DNA from: an uncultured Alphaproteobacteria bacterium
GTDB taxonomy: Bacteria; Pseudomonadota; Alphaproteobacteria; CAAHEQ01; UBA3637
Reading direction: 5' to 3'
Length of the DNA: 40,146 nucleotides
Assembly: GCA_944391545.1 (NCBI GenBank)
Contig: CALXTZ010000001.1
Location: forward strand, 1-40,146
Positions 7,204 through 15,868 of this stretch are shown here, piece after piece. The notes below the pieces were generated by a model. The model saw only the letters and a list, made by a program, of their open reading frames with translations. It was not told the origin of the DNA and ran no database searches. Each line of letters starts with the position of its first letter. The first letter of the stretch is position 1. The translations under genes were made by a program, and so were the position numbers.

Positions 7204-8181
7204 TTAAAACCGAACCAGCATCGCTCCCCACGTGAAGCCACCACCCATTGCATCAAACAACAATAAATCGCCGCGTTTAATCTCACCGGACTTGACCTTT
7301 TCGGCCAAAGCCAGCGGAATCGACGCTGCCGATGTATTGGCATGATGATCAACGGTAACAACGACCTTCGACGCAGGAAGTCCTAATTTCTTTGCGGTCG
7401 AATCAATAATACGCAAGTTCGCCTGATGGGGCACAAGCCAAGTCAATTCTTCACTTGAAACACCGGCTTCGGACAAAACATCCTCCGCCGCATCGGCCAG
7501 CTTCCCGACGGCATGCCGAAACACTTCTTTTCCGTTCATAAAAATTGTTCCGATAGTCTGCGAACTGGACGGCCCGCCGGTTGTATGCAACAACTCCCCA
7601 AACGTTCCGTCCGAAAAAACTTTTGCCTTTAAAATACCGGTATCAGCCGCCGTCCCCTGTCCTTGAACAGCCGTCAAAACAACAGCACCGGCACCGTCTC
7701 CAAATAAAACACATGTGTTCCGATCCGTCCAATCAACCAATCTTGATAAAGTTTCAGCCCCGATGACTAAAATCGTTTTAACCTGTCCGGCGCGAATTAA
7801 ACTGTCCGCCATCGTCATTGCATACATAAAACCCGAACATACGGCTTGCAGGTCAAACGCAAACCCGTGCGTCATCCCAAGCCGAGCCTGCACCTTTGTT
7901 GCCGTTGCCGGAAATGTGTGATCCGGCGTTGTTGTCGCCACAAGAATCGCATCCAGCTCCTGTACCGTTATGCCGGCATTTTCCAAAGCATCCTGCGCCG
8001 CTTTAACGGCCAAATCTGAGGTGACTTCCTCATCAGCCGCAAGATGCCGAATCTTAATCCCCGTCCGTTCAACAATCCATTCATCCGACGTTTCAACCAT
8101 CTTTGACAAATCATCATTGGTCATAACCTTTTCAGGCAAATATGAACCTACTCCCAGAATCTTTGAACGGATGACTGACAT
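7204..8181 (-). CDS. fabH: Beta-ketoacyl-ACP synthase III
   Basis: 325 aa. Motifs seen: active-site AVCSGF, HQANLRI, and C-terminal GGGFTWGA. Confidence 0.96.
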   Translation of the reverse strand: MSVIRSKILGVGSYLPEKVMTNDDLSKMVETSDEWIVERTGIKIRHLAADEEVTSDLAVKAAQDALENAGITVQELDAILVATTTPDHTFPATATKVQARLGMTHGFAFDLQAVCSGFMYAMTMADSLIRAGQVKTILVIGAETLSRLVDWTDRNTCVLFGDGAGAVVLTAVQGQGTAADTGILKAKVFSDGTFGELLHTTGGPSSSQTIGTIFMNGKEVFRHAVGKLADAAEDVLSEAGVSSEELTWLVPHQANLRIIDSTAKKLGLPASKVVVTVDHHANTSAASIPLALAEKVKSGEIKRGDLLLFDAMGGGFTWGAMLVRF

Positions 8182-8211
8182 CTTTTTTCCCTATAAAAAT
8201 AAAACGTAATC

Positions 8212-9252
8212 TTATGATACAGATTCCGGCGTTAAAATCAAGTCCTCTAATTCGACTCGAATTTTTTCACACAAATCATGACGCGCCAAATCAACCGCTA
8301 CGCCCACGGCATAAGAATACCCCAACGCGTCGGCGCCCCCATGACTTTTTACCGAAATCCCGTTTAATCCCAAAAACATCGCCCCGTTGTAAAGGCGCGG
8401 ATCCATTCTTTTTTTCAGCTTCAGCAAAGCCGGCAAAGCCAAAACAAATCCGATTTTCGCCAAAAACGACGAATGAACCGCTTCTTTAAACAAATTCTTG
8501 ATCAGCCGCGAAGTCCCCTCAACGGTTTTTAACGCAACATTACCCGAAAAACCATCCGAAACAATCACGTCCGTTTTACCGCTGTTGATATCAAATCCTT
8601 CCACAAAGCCCGCATAATTGACTTTATTTTTGTTGCCTTTCAAAATTAAAGCCGCTTCACGAATTTCCTCGCGTCCCTTTGTTTCCTCCGAGCCGATGTT
8701 CAATAATCCGACAGACGGGTTTTTAACCTTGTACAACAACCGGTAAAAAACAGACCCCATAATACTGAATTCGACCAAATTGGTCGCATTGCATTCGGCA
8801 TTAGCCCCCAAATCCAGCATCACGTTCGGCCGCCCGGGATTCAGAGTCGGCATCATGGCCGCCAACGCCGGACGATCTACCCCGGCGATTGTCCCCAAAC
8901 AAATTTTGGACATCGCCATAAAAGCCCCCGTATTTCCGGCAGAAACAACCGCTTTCGATTCGCCGGTGCGGACAGCATAAATCGCTTTCCACATGCTGCT
9001 GTTACGGCCGTAACGAACCGCAGCCGACGGTTTTTCATCGGCCTTAATAACCTCGTCCGTGTGGTAAATTTTATAGGCTGATTCCGGCAGCCCCTTTGCC
9101 CGGGCAAGAGGGGCTATTTGCCGCTCATCTCCAAACAGCAAGAAAAAAACATTTTCCTGTTTTTCACTGGCCAGTTTCACACCTTCAATGACAGCTTCCG
9201 GTGCATTGTCACCGCCCATGGCGTCAATAGAGATAACAATCGGTTCAGCCAT
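8212..9252 (-). CDS. plsX: Phosphate acyltransferase PlsX
   Basis: 346 aa. Motifs seen: IDAMGGDNAP and SAGNTGA. It lies between rpmF and fabH, as is typical. Confidence 0.96.
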   Translation of the reverse strand: MAEPIVISIDAMGGDNAPEAVIEGVKLASEKQENVFFLLFGDERQIAPLARAKGLPESAYKIYHTDEVIKADEKPSAAVRYGRNSSMWKAIYAVRTGESKAVVSAGNTGAFMAMSKICLGTIAGVDRPALAAMMPTLNPGRPNVMLDLGANAECNATNLVEFSIMGSVFYRLLYKVKNPSVGLLNIGSEETKGREEIREAALILKGNKNKVNYAGFVEGFDINSGKTDVIVSDGFSGNVALKTVEGTSRLIKNLFKEAVHSSFLAKIGFVLALPALLKLKKRMDPRLYNGAMFLGLNGISVKSHGGADALGYSYAVGVAVDLARHDLCEKIRVELEDLILTPESVS

Positions 9253-9263
9253 TTATTTTGCCT

Positions 9264-9449
9264 TTATTCGGCTTTAGCCGTCACAACAACTTCACGTTTG
9301 TTGTAAAAACCGCAAGCGTCACAAACATGGTGCGGACGCATCATTTCACCGCAATTCGGACATTCCACCATCGCATTTTTCGTCAAAGCTTCATGAGAAC
9401 GCCGCATATCTCTGCGGGATTTGGACGTTTTTTTCTTTGGTACTGCCAT
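9264..9449 (-). CDS. rpmF: 50S ribosomal protein L32
   Basis: [19 protein letters not shown] plus a CPNCG...CDACG zinc ribbon. Confidence 0.95.
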   Translation of the reverse strand: MAVPKKKTSKSRRDMRRSHEALTKNAMVECPNCGEMMRPHHVCDACGFYNKREVVVTAKAE

Positions 9450-9626
9450 TTTCTTACTCTTTCTTTCATAAACAAAACGTTACCCGGAACCGGATAACTC
9501 AAATCAACAATTTTTTAGAACCTACTTCATACACACTTTTTTGATTTTTTGCAAGCATTTTTTATGAATCTTTTCAGGGCCTGACGGTTTTAAGCCGAAA
9601 ATACCGGTTTTCGGGCGCATCCGATT

Positions 9627-9764
9627 TTATTCCAAAACACGCGAAACAGCCGATAACGGCGCATCTTCGGGCGCTTTGTTTGTCAGCGGAGAATTGAAAA
9701 GCATCGTACCAAAAATCAACGCTAACACAAAAATTATCACGGCAATCTTTTGTTTGGGAGTCAT
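9627..9764 (-). CDS. Possible 45-aa single-pass membrane peptide
   Basis: Hand-translated as MTPKQKIAVIIFVLALIFGTMLFNSPLTNKAPEDAPLSAVSRVLE. SD AAAGGA lies about 10 nt upstream. It is below the ORF-track size cut-off. Confidence 0.25.
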   Translation of the reverse strand: MTPKQKIAVIIFVLALIFGTMLFNSPLTNKAPEDAPLSAVSRVLE

Positions 9765-9854
9765 GATATACGCATCCTTTAAAAAAAATTAAAAATTAAG
9801 TGGAAAATTCCCTTTAATATGGGTATTATACCTAACCGGAAAGAGAAAGTCAAA

Positions 9855-10664
9855 ATGAACAAACAAATTGCTTTATATTCAGTTGAACAATTCGACGGCA
9901 TGCGCCAAGCCGGGCGTTTGGCAGCCTTGACGTTGGATTACATCACACCGTTTGTCGTTCCGGGGGTTACGACCGGCAAACTGGATGCGTTGATGGAAGA
10001 GTTTATGCGCGATCACGGCGCCATTCCCGCGACACTCGGTTACCGAGGCTATCCGAAAGCCAGTTGTATATCGGCCAACCACATCGTGTGTCACGGCATT
10101 CCCGGAGACAAAGTCCTTTATGACGGGGATATCGTTAACATTGACATCACGCCGATTCTAAACGGTTGGTACGGAGACTCCAGCCGCATGTATTATGTCG
10201 GAACGCCGTCCGTTAAAGCAAAGCGCGTCGTTGAATGTGCTTTTCATGCCATGTGGGCCGGTATTAACCAAGCTCAAATCGGCAATACGATGGGCGACAT
10301 CGGCTATGCGATTGAAGCGTGTGCCGCTAAAGAACGTTTTTCCGTCGTGGAAGATTTCTGCGGTCACGGGGTCGGACAAGCTTTTCATTTGCTACCGAAT
10401 GTTTTAAACTACGGGAATAAAGGGGAAGGCATGACCATTCAAGAAGGCATGATTTTTACGGTTGAACCGATGGTTAACATCGGCGGGCCGGATACTTTGG
10501 TCTTGTCCGACGGATGGACTGCCATCACAAAAGACAGAACCCTTTCAGCGCAATTTGAACATACCATCGGGATCACCAAAGACGGGCCTGAAATTTTCAC
10601 TTTATCGCCGGCCGGATATGATTATCCTCCCTACATCCCTCAAAAGAGTATACAAACAAAATGA
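9855..10664 (+). CDS. map: Type I methionine aminopeptidase
   Basis: Metal ligands are in DIVNIDIT, GHGVG, FTVEP and EHT. I chose the ATG at 9855 (MNKQIALY) over the TTG/ATG extension at 9819. Confidence 0.95.
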   Translation: MNKQIALYSVEQFDGMRQAGRLAALTLDYITPFVVPGVTTGKLDALMEEFMRDHGAIPATLGYRGYPKASCISANHIVCHGIPGDKVLYDGDIVNIDITPILNGWYGDSSRMYYVGTPSVKAKRVVECAFHAMWAGINQAQIGNTMGDIGYAIEACAAKERFSVVEDFCGHGVGQAFHLLPNVLNYGNKGEGMTIQEGMIFTVEPMVNIGGPDTLVLSDGWTAITKDRTLSAQFEHTIGITKDGPEIFTLSPAGYDYPPYIPQKSIQTK

Positions 10665-11374
10665 AAAAGAAGAAAGAAAAGACGCAAGAAGAATCTCCGA
10701 CGGTGTTGCTGCACGGGCATCGCGAACGAACCAGAGAAAGAGTTTTAAAAACGGATTTAAGTTTGTTTGAAGAATGTGAAATTCTGGAAGCATTGCTTAT
10801 GTATTCCATTCCGAGAAAAGACGTTAAATTGTTAGCCAAACAATTATTGGCCGAATTTGACACACTCGGAAATGTTTTGTGTGCCGATTCGGAAGTGCTG
10901 TATCAATTCAAAGACGTCAAAGAAAATACGGTTGCTTTATTCAAGCTTATTCGTACCGCTAACGCGGCTATTTTACGAAGAGATTTAGTCAGCCAACCCA
11001 TTTTGGGCAACAGAAGCAAAATTATAGATTATTGTTATTCCACTTTAGGGCGCGAGAAAAAAGAATCTTTCCATATTCTCTTTTTAGATGCCAAATTACA
11101 TTTGCTTTTGGATCAGAAAATGGCCGAAGGAACAATCAACAAAGTTGCCCTTTATCCGCGTGAAATCATTCACAAAGCGCTTGAACTGGGAGCGACTTCA
11201 ATGGTTTTAATTCATAACCATCCGTCGGGCGACGCTCGGCCGTCTCCGCAAGATATCAAAATGACGCAAGAGTTGAAAAGCGTTGCTGCTGCTTTATGTC
11301 TTGAATTAAGCGATCACATTATTATTTCAAGACACGGAGCGACCTCGATGAAACTTGAAGGACATTTGGGATAA
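10661..11374 (+). CDS. radC: RadC-family JAB/MPN domain protein
   Basis: JAMM motif HNHPSGDARPSPQDI. Its start overlaps the map stop (ATGA). Confidence 0.9.
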   Translation: MKKKKEKTQEESPTVLLHGHRERTRERVLKTDLSLFEECEILEALLMYSIPRKDVKLLAKQLLAEFDTLGNVLCADSEVLYQFKDVKENTVALFKLIRTANAAILRRDLVSQPILGNRSKIIDYCYSTLGREKKESFHILFLDAKLHLLLDQKMAEGTINKVALYPREIIHKALELGATSMVLIHNHPSGDARPSPQDIKMTQELKSVAAALCLELSDHIIISRHGATSMKLEGHLG

Positions 11375-11434
11375 AAAGGTTGCATTTTTTGCTTGCTTTT
11401 TAATTTTTTTCATGTATATTAACTTCCATCCAGT

Positions 11435-11510
11435 GGGGGTATAGCTCAGCTGGGAGAGCGTTGCAATGGCATTGCAAAGGTCAGGAGTTCGATCCTCCTT
11501 ACCTCCACCA
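11435..11510 (+). tRNA. tRNA-Ala (GGC)
   Basis: 76-nt cloverleaf read by hand: acceptor GGGGGTA/TACCTCC with G3:U70, anticodon loop ATGGCAT, T-arm AGGAG-TTCGATC-CTCCT, and an encoded CCA. Confidence 0.93.
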
Positions 11511-11512
11511 AT

Positions 11513-11543
11513 AAAAAAACCGTCCGAGAAGGGCGGCTTTTTT
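11513..11543. terminator. Bidirectional terminator between tRNA-Ala and the NUDIX gene
   Basis: A7, then CCGTCC-GAGAA-GGGCGG (one G:U pair), then C and T6. Confidence 0.6.
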
Positions 11544-11570
11544 ATGCCTGAAAGTCCCGGGGAAAAGAGG

Positions 11571-12130
11571 TTATCTCCGGCTTAACCATTTATCCGTCAT
11601 CCGAACCATCGCAGCAGAGATTTCCCCTTTTCTTGCCATGTCGGATAATTCTGTTGCATTGACCCACTTTAAAGAATTTGATTCATCGCTTATAACAACT
11701 TTCTCTGTGGGAGCCTTTAACAAGAAACGCACATCATAATGTTTATGTTCCGGTTCATTTTTCTTTGCATTCGCCGGAATAGTATGAATATCAATGTCAA
11801 AAATTTCTTTCATCACAAATTGAATGTTTTGAATACCGGATTCTTCTGTTGCTTCTCTTAAAGCAACATTCCAGGTATTATCATCCCCATCAGAGTGTCC
11901 CCCTAACTGCAACCAGCGATTCAACTTCTTATGATGCGTCAGAAGAACTTTTTTTCATCCGGGCTTAAAACCCAAACAGAACCATTCACATGACCCGATA
12001 AATTAGAACGTTCAAAGCAATTTGGATTGTTTTCTATGAAATTGATCATTTCTTGAATAAATCCTTGCTCCGAAGCATAGTCTGTTTTATACGTTTTTAA
12101 AGCGCTCAAAAGTAAACCACGATCTGCCAT
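11571..12130 (-). pseudogene. NUDIX hydrolase interrupted by a frameshift in an A7 run (or a homopolymer sequencing error)
   Basis: The upstream frame ends ...VWVLSPDEKKFF*. The downstream frame reads KKVLLTHHKKLNRWLQLGGHSDGDDNTWNVALREATEESGI (Nudix box). The two frames meet at T7 (plus strand, 11949-11955). An eighth base would give the continuous reading SPDEKKVLLTHHKK. Confidence 0.7.
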
Positions 12131-12337
12131 TTTTAATCCTTTCTTGGATGACAATGTCTGCCCATTCTCACTTATCTCTCCCTTAAGAAATCCAGAAGAA
12201 GCATACTTCAAAAACAAAAAAATTCAATAAGACAATTAGAAGGGCATTAACTTTTTATAAATCAAAAAAATAATAGCCCTTTATAAAAAATCAGAAACCG
12301 AATACTCATTATAAATATTCAGAGCATTATGAAAAAC

Positions 12338-12366
12338 TTGCATTTGATACCAAGCCTCTCTATCTT
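12338..12366 (+). promoter_or_regulatory. Candidate promoter TTGCAT-17 nt-TATCTT for the ferritin-like gene
   Basis: Hexamers at 12338-12343 and 12361-12366 with a 17-nt spacer. SD AAAGGAGAGG follows. Confidence 0.5.
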
Positions 12367-12395
12367 TTTAAAAGGTTAATAAAAGGAGAGGAAAA

Positions 12396-12704
12396 ATGCC
12401 GGAATTTACAAATATTAATAACGTGTTGACACCGCCGCGCAAATTGACGGACGTTGAAATCTTGCGCGCAATTAAATTCGGAATTGCATCAGAATTTGAA
12501 GCCATTCAAATTTACCAACAAATCATGGAAAGCACGGACAACAAAGACATCAAAGCCGTTTTAACGGATATTGCCGAAGATGAAATGCACCATGCCGGCG
12601 CACTTTATAAGCTGCTGGAAATTTTATCGCCGCAAGACATCAAGCAATATGAACACGGGATTCAAGAAGCTATCGAGCAAATGGAAAAAGCGTCTGCGTC
12701 ATAA
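12396..12704 (+). CDS. Small ferritin-like/rubrerythrin-fold protein resembling encapsulated ferritin (EncFtn)
   Basis: 102 aa. The helix pair SEFEAIQIYQQ ... DIAEDEMHHAG matches the E...E..H di-iron pattern of EncFtn-type proteins (compare ELEAVDWYQQ ... NEEVEHA, recalled from memory). It has a strong SD. Confidence 0.6.
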   Translation: MPEFTNINNVLTPPRKLTDVEILRAIKFGIASEFEAIQIYQQIMESTDNKDIKAVLTDIAEDEMHHAGALYKLLEILSPQDIKQYEHGIQEAIEQMEKASAS

Positions 12705-12713
12705 GAGCAGCCT

Positions 12714-13043
12714 TTATTCATCGACGGTTTGTTCCAATTGAAAAGCAGGCAATCGTTCCGTCTGCACAACCGGAACAAAATAATCCGTAACGACATCTTG
12801 TTGATCTAAATCGACTTCAAACAACAAAACTTTATCCGTTTGTTTCAAGGCGATTTGAATGGCTTCGTTGAGGTAATCCAATACGAATGACTGCCCCGGC
12901 GCCCGATAAAACAAAGCATGTTGATTGCCGTCATATAAAATTTTCGGTTGCTCCGGTTCATTTTCCCGCCCAGCTGGAATCACACAAACGACATCCCCGT
13001 TTTCGGTTAAAAAAGTCGTATACAATTTCATTTGTTGCATCAT
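12714..13043 (-). CDS. Small acidic hypothetical protein (109 aa), translationally coupled to the upstream gene
   Basis: Its start overlaps the stop of 13040-14122 (ATGA). It has no TM segment and an acidic C-terminus. Confidence 0.55.
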   Translation of the reverse strand: MMQQMKLYTTFLTENGDVVCVIPAGRENEPEQPKILYDGNQHALFYRAPGQSFVLDYLNEAIQIALKQTDKVLLFEVDLDQQDVVTDYFVPVVQTERLPAFQLEQTVDE

Positions 13044-14122
13044 CGACCGTCTGCCAAATCACGCGCCAACAAAGCCCCGTCAATCGTCAAAGAAGCAGCC
13101 ATACCGACACCGGGCGCGCAACTGGCGGCTCCGGAACAAAATTCCAAACCGGCACCGGTCCAATCACCCTTTGCTGCCCGACCAGCTGCAAAAGCCGTTC
13201 CAAAAACTGCTCCCAAAATCGGAATTTTTTTAGCACCGACTTTCAACGCTGTCAAACCGGCAATTTTTGCCCCCGTTTTTTTGACGGTTTCCGAACCGAT
13301 TTTCTCCATCAACTTGGCCGAAATCGGCAAGCGTTTTGCCCCGTTTTCAAGTGTTTTCGGAAGCACCTCCGGCGCCGCCTTTGCAACTGTTTGAGATGGC
13401 ATTTGTGAACGAGCCAAAACCGCACTCAATCGGGATGCTTTCTTTTGCGCCGAAAAAGCCTTTCCCACAGGAGCATCCGCATTTAACAGGATTTTAGCCG
13501 CCTTTTCCTCCGCCTTTGCCGCTTGAAACTGTTGCCAAGATTTTTTATAAACGGCCATCCGTTCCAAAAATGTCACGGTTCTTTTTTCTTTAGCGGCCAA
13601 ATTGCTGAGTGCATGTGTATTTTCATCAAAAATCGAAACAAAGTTTTTGTTCAACTTGGCCATTTGACCGTCTTTTAACCGTGCCACCATATCCGGATTT
13701 TTTTGAATATATTTTCGAGCCGTAAACATCGGGCTTTCTTTTTTTAAAAAGTACTCCATCGCTTTTTGGCGAACAGCCTCCGGCACATTGGCATTTTTCA
13801 TTGAACGGCCGAAAAAAGCCGCTTGACGCAACGTTACATTTTGCAAAAACTGAATATGTCCGCGCGCCCATCTGTCTGCCCCAAATGCCGCACCGATTGT
13901 CAAAGCCGCGGGAAACAACGCAATCGGATATCCCGTCGCAAGCAATAACGCCGTAATTCCGACACCGCCCCACCCGCCGAAACGCGTTACTTTTTGAACC
14001 AACGGCCAAGCTTTATTCCCCAATTTATTCCGAATTTTATCTTCCGTACTGCCACGCAGGCCGGTTTTAATAAATTTCTTTGCCAATTCAATGGCTTGCT
14101 TTTCTTCAGCCGTCTTTGCCAT
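13040..14122 (-). CDS. Membrane protein with a glycine-zipper-like C-terminus (360 aa)
   Basis: The start is set at MAKTAEEK, behind SD AAGGAGAGGAAG. The long extension to 14221 lacks an SD. TM/glycine-rich segments are GGWGGVGITALLLATGYPIALFPAALTIGAAFGA and ILGAVFGTAFAAGRAAKGDWTGAGLEFCSGAASCAPGVGMAAS, joined by a Lys/Ala-rich linker. Confidence 0.6.
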   Translation of the reverse strand: MAKTAEEKQAIELAKKFIKTGLRGSTEDKIRNKLGNKAWPLVQKVTRFGGWGGVGITALLLATGYPIALFPAALTIGAAFGADRWARGHIQFLQNVTLRQAAFFGRSMKNANVPEAVRQKAMEYFLKKESPMFTARKYIQKNPDMVARLKDGQMAKLNKNFVSIFDENTHALSNLAAKEKRTVTFLERMAVYKKSWQQFQAAKAEEKAAKILLNADAPVGKAFSAQKKASRLSAVLARSQMPSQTVAKAAPEVLPKTLENGAKRLPISAKLMEKIGSETVKKTGAKIAGLTALKVGAKKIPILGAVFGTAFAAGRAAKGDWTGAGLEFCSGAASCAPGVGMAASLTIDGALLARDLADGR

Positions 14123-14261
14123 CTTCCTCTCCTTTATTTTTTTATTATAGCAAAAAAAGCCGAGAAATACAACTTTTATAGGAAAAACTCTTATCAAATC
14201 TATAATCGATTGTTCTTGCAAAAAAGAAAAGAATACGATAAAAAACGCTTACGAGATAAAA

Positions 14262-15437
14262 ATGATTAAGCGCAATATGACTCTTTTTAAATGGGATAAC
14301 TTTTTCGGCGGACTGTGGCCGCTTGCGACGCTCGTTATTATTTATTTTGAACAAATCACACATTCTTATGCATGGGCAATGGCCGTTTTTTCCGTATGCA
14401 GTCTTTCAACAACTTTTATGGAAATACCGACCGGTATTATTTCAGACCGAATCGGCCGAAAGAAAACACTTATTTGGGCCGCCGTCTCTATCTTTATATG
14501 CTTTGCTTTATGGGCGCTGGCCGGTCAATACCAACAAACGTGGATGTTATTTGCCGGCGCTTTGTTATGGGGCGTCAGCGACGCTCTTTTGTCCGGAACA
14601 GATGAAGCCCTCATGTATGAAACGATGGAAGAATTAGGCCGCCCCGATCAATTTGATGTTTTATACGCAAAAAGCAACGGTTGGAACCAAGTCGGATTAG
14701 GTGTCAGTGCTTTGCTTGCCGCCGGCGTCACATATTATTTTTCGTTGCAAACGCTTGCATGGCTTTCCTGTCTTTTGGCTATTGGCCAACTGATGATTGC
14801 TTTTTTATATATCGAGCCGCAAAAAATCCAAACGTATCATCAAACAACATCTTTTAAACATTTTTTGATCGCTTATCGAAAATTAAGACGGAATCGCCGG
14901 TTGCGTTTTTACGCTTTAATTACAATCTTCGATCGAGCCGTCGGATTTGCGTCTCATCGGTTTGAAAGCGCTTATTTCAGCACACTTATCCCGGACTGGC
15001 TGATTAACCTTGCCCGGTTTTGTAAACAAGCCTGCGGCACCATCAGCTTTTTCCTGATTCCGTATGTGAAAAAATGGGGGATTATTCCGCTCTTTTTCGG
15101 CTCTATGGTCGCCAATGTCATTATCAGAACCGTCGGTGTTTGTATCAACTCTGCCGTGACGCCGTTTATTATGGCCGGCGTTAATCTTTTTTACGGAGCA
15201 GGACAAACGAGCGGCGCAACTCTTTTGCAAAACGAATTTTCAGCGGCACAACGCGCAACCATGAAATCCATTATTTCCTTCATGTCCAATTTGGTGCAAG
15301 CCGTTACAATGTTCTTTTTGGGAGGATTGGCTGATATTGCTTCGCCGCGAACAGCTATTTTTTTCGCCGTTCTGGTCAAGGGCCTTGTTCTGGTCAGTTC
15401 TTTGTTTGTTTTAAAGAAAACCGCCACCCGAAAATAA
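14262..15437 (+). CDS. MFS transporter
   Basis: 391 aa and multi-TM, with the MFS loop motif GIISDRIGRKKTL between TM2 and TM3. Confidence 0.85.
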   Translation: MIKRNMTLFKWDNFFGGLWPLATLVIIYFEQITHSYAWAMAVFSVCSLSTTFMEIPTGIISDRIGRKKTLIWAAVSIFICFALWALAGQYQQTWMLFAGALLWGVSDALLSGTDEALMYETMEELGRPDQFDVLYAKSNGWNQVGLGVSALLAAGVTYYFSLQTLAWLSCLLAIGQLMIAFLYIEPQKIQTYHQTTSFKHFLIAYRKLRRNRRLRFYALITIFDRAVGFASHRFESAYFSTLIPDWLINLARFCKQACGTISFFLIPYVKKWGIIPLFFGSMVANVIIRTVGVCINSAVTPFIMAGVNLFYGAGQTSGATLLQNEFSAAQRATMKSIISFMSNLVQAVTMFFLGGLADIASPRTAIFFAVLVKGLVLVSSLFVLKKTATRK

Positions 15438-15502
15438 ATTTCCGTTCCGTTTTTACTGGACAAAAAAGACAATTCGCCCTACCTTTTTAAAAGGAGATAA
15501 TA

Positions 15503-15859
15503 ATGGTTGATATTTTTGAAAGACTGGCTCAATCGCCGTTTAGAAGTCAATTTCATCTGACGGATAAAGACAGGGCTTACATTGCTCAAAAAACGATGCC
15601 CGTCATTGCCGAGCATGCGGCCGATTTCATTGCCAAACGGTTAGCCCCCGCCGACATTCCGAACGACGGGAAACAAACGCCCATGCGCGGACATCCTGTT
15701 TTTATCGCACAACATGCAACGGCGACCTGTTGCCGCGGATGCTTATCGAAATGGCACCATATTCCGCAGGGCATTCCTTTATCCGAACAACAACAAAAAA
15801 GAATAACGACGTTGATTATGACTTGGATTGAAAAAGAAATTCAAAAACACCTCGAATAA
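15503..15859 (+). CDS. DUF4186-family protein
   Basis: The signature GKQTPMRGHPVFIAQHATATCCRGCLSKWH matches DUF4186 as I recall it. SD AAAGGAG is present. Confidence 0.8.
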   Translation: MVDIFERLAQSPFRSQFHLTDKDRAYIAQKTMPVIAEHAADFIAKRLAPADIPNDGKQTPMRGHPVFIAQHATATCCRGCLSKWHHIPQGIPLSEQQQKRITTLIMTWIEKEIQKHLE

Positions 15860-15868
15860 ACAGATTCT

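Noticed and set aside
7581-9306. Plus-strand ORFs inside fabH/plsX/rpmF (7581-7766, 7715-7921, 7970-8209, 8214-8489, 8780-8980, 9118-9306, 9258-9497).
   Set aside because: They are antisense shadows of highly conserved housekeeping genes.
12290-12340. Possible Fur/PerR box upstream of the ferritin-like gene (ATAAT/ATTAT-rich segment TCATTATAAATATTCAGAGCATTATGA).
   Set aside because: The half-sites are direct rather than inverted and do not fit the 19-bp Fur consensus. In such an AT-rich spacer this is likely chance.
12887-13408. Three overlapping plus-strand ORFs (173, 102 and 120 aa) opposite the glycine-zipper gene.
   Set aside because: The Ala/Lys/Gly-rich minus-strand gene keeps its antisense frames open. 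The translations are low-complexity (Pro/Ser/Arg-rich) and lack SDs. The minus-strand gene has an excellent SD and translational coupling.
12396-14122. Possibility that the EncFtn-like gene sits next to an encapsulin shell gene.
   Set aside because: The neighbouring 360-aa and 109-aa proteins are on the opposite strand and look nothing like an HK97-fold capsid protein (TM/glycine-zipper segments, Lys/Ala linker).
14123-14221. N-terminal 33-codon extension of the 393-aa ORF (MQEQSIIDLIRVF...).
   Set aside because: The internal ATG at 14122 is preceded by AAGGAGAGGAAG, whereas the upstream ATG has no SD and adds an implausible hydrophobic or odd peptide.
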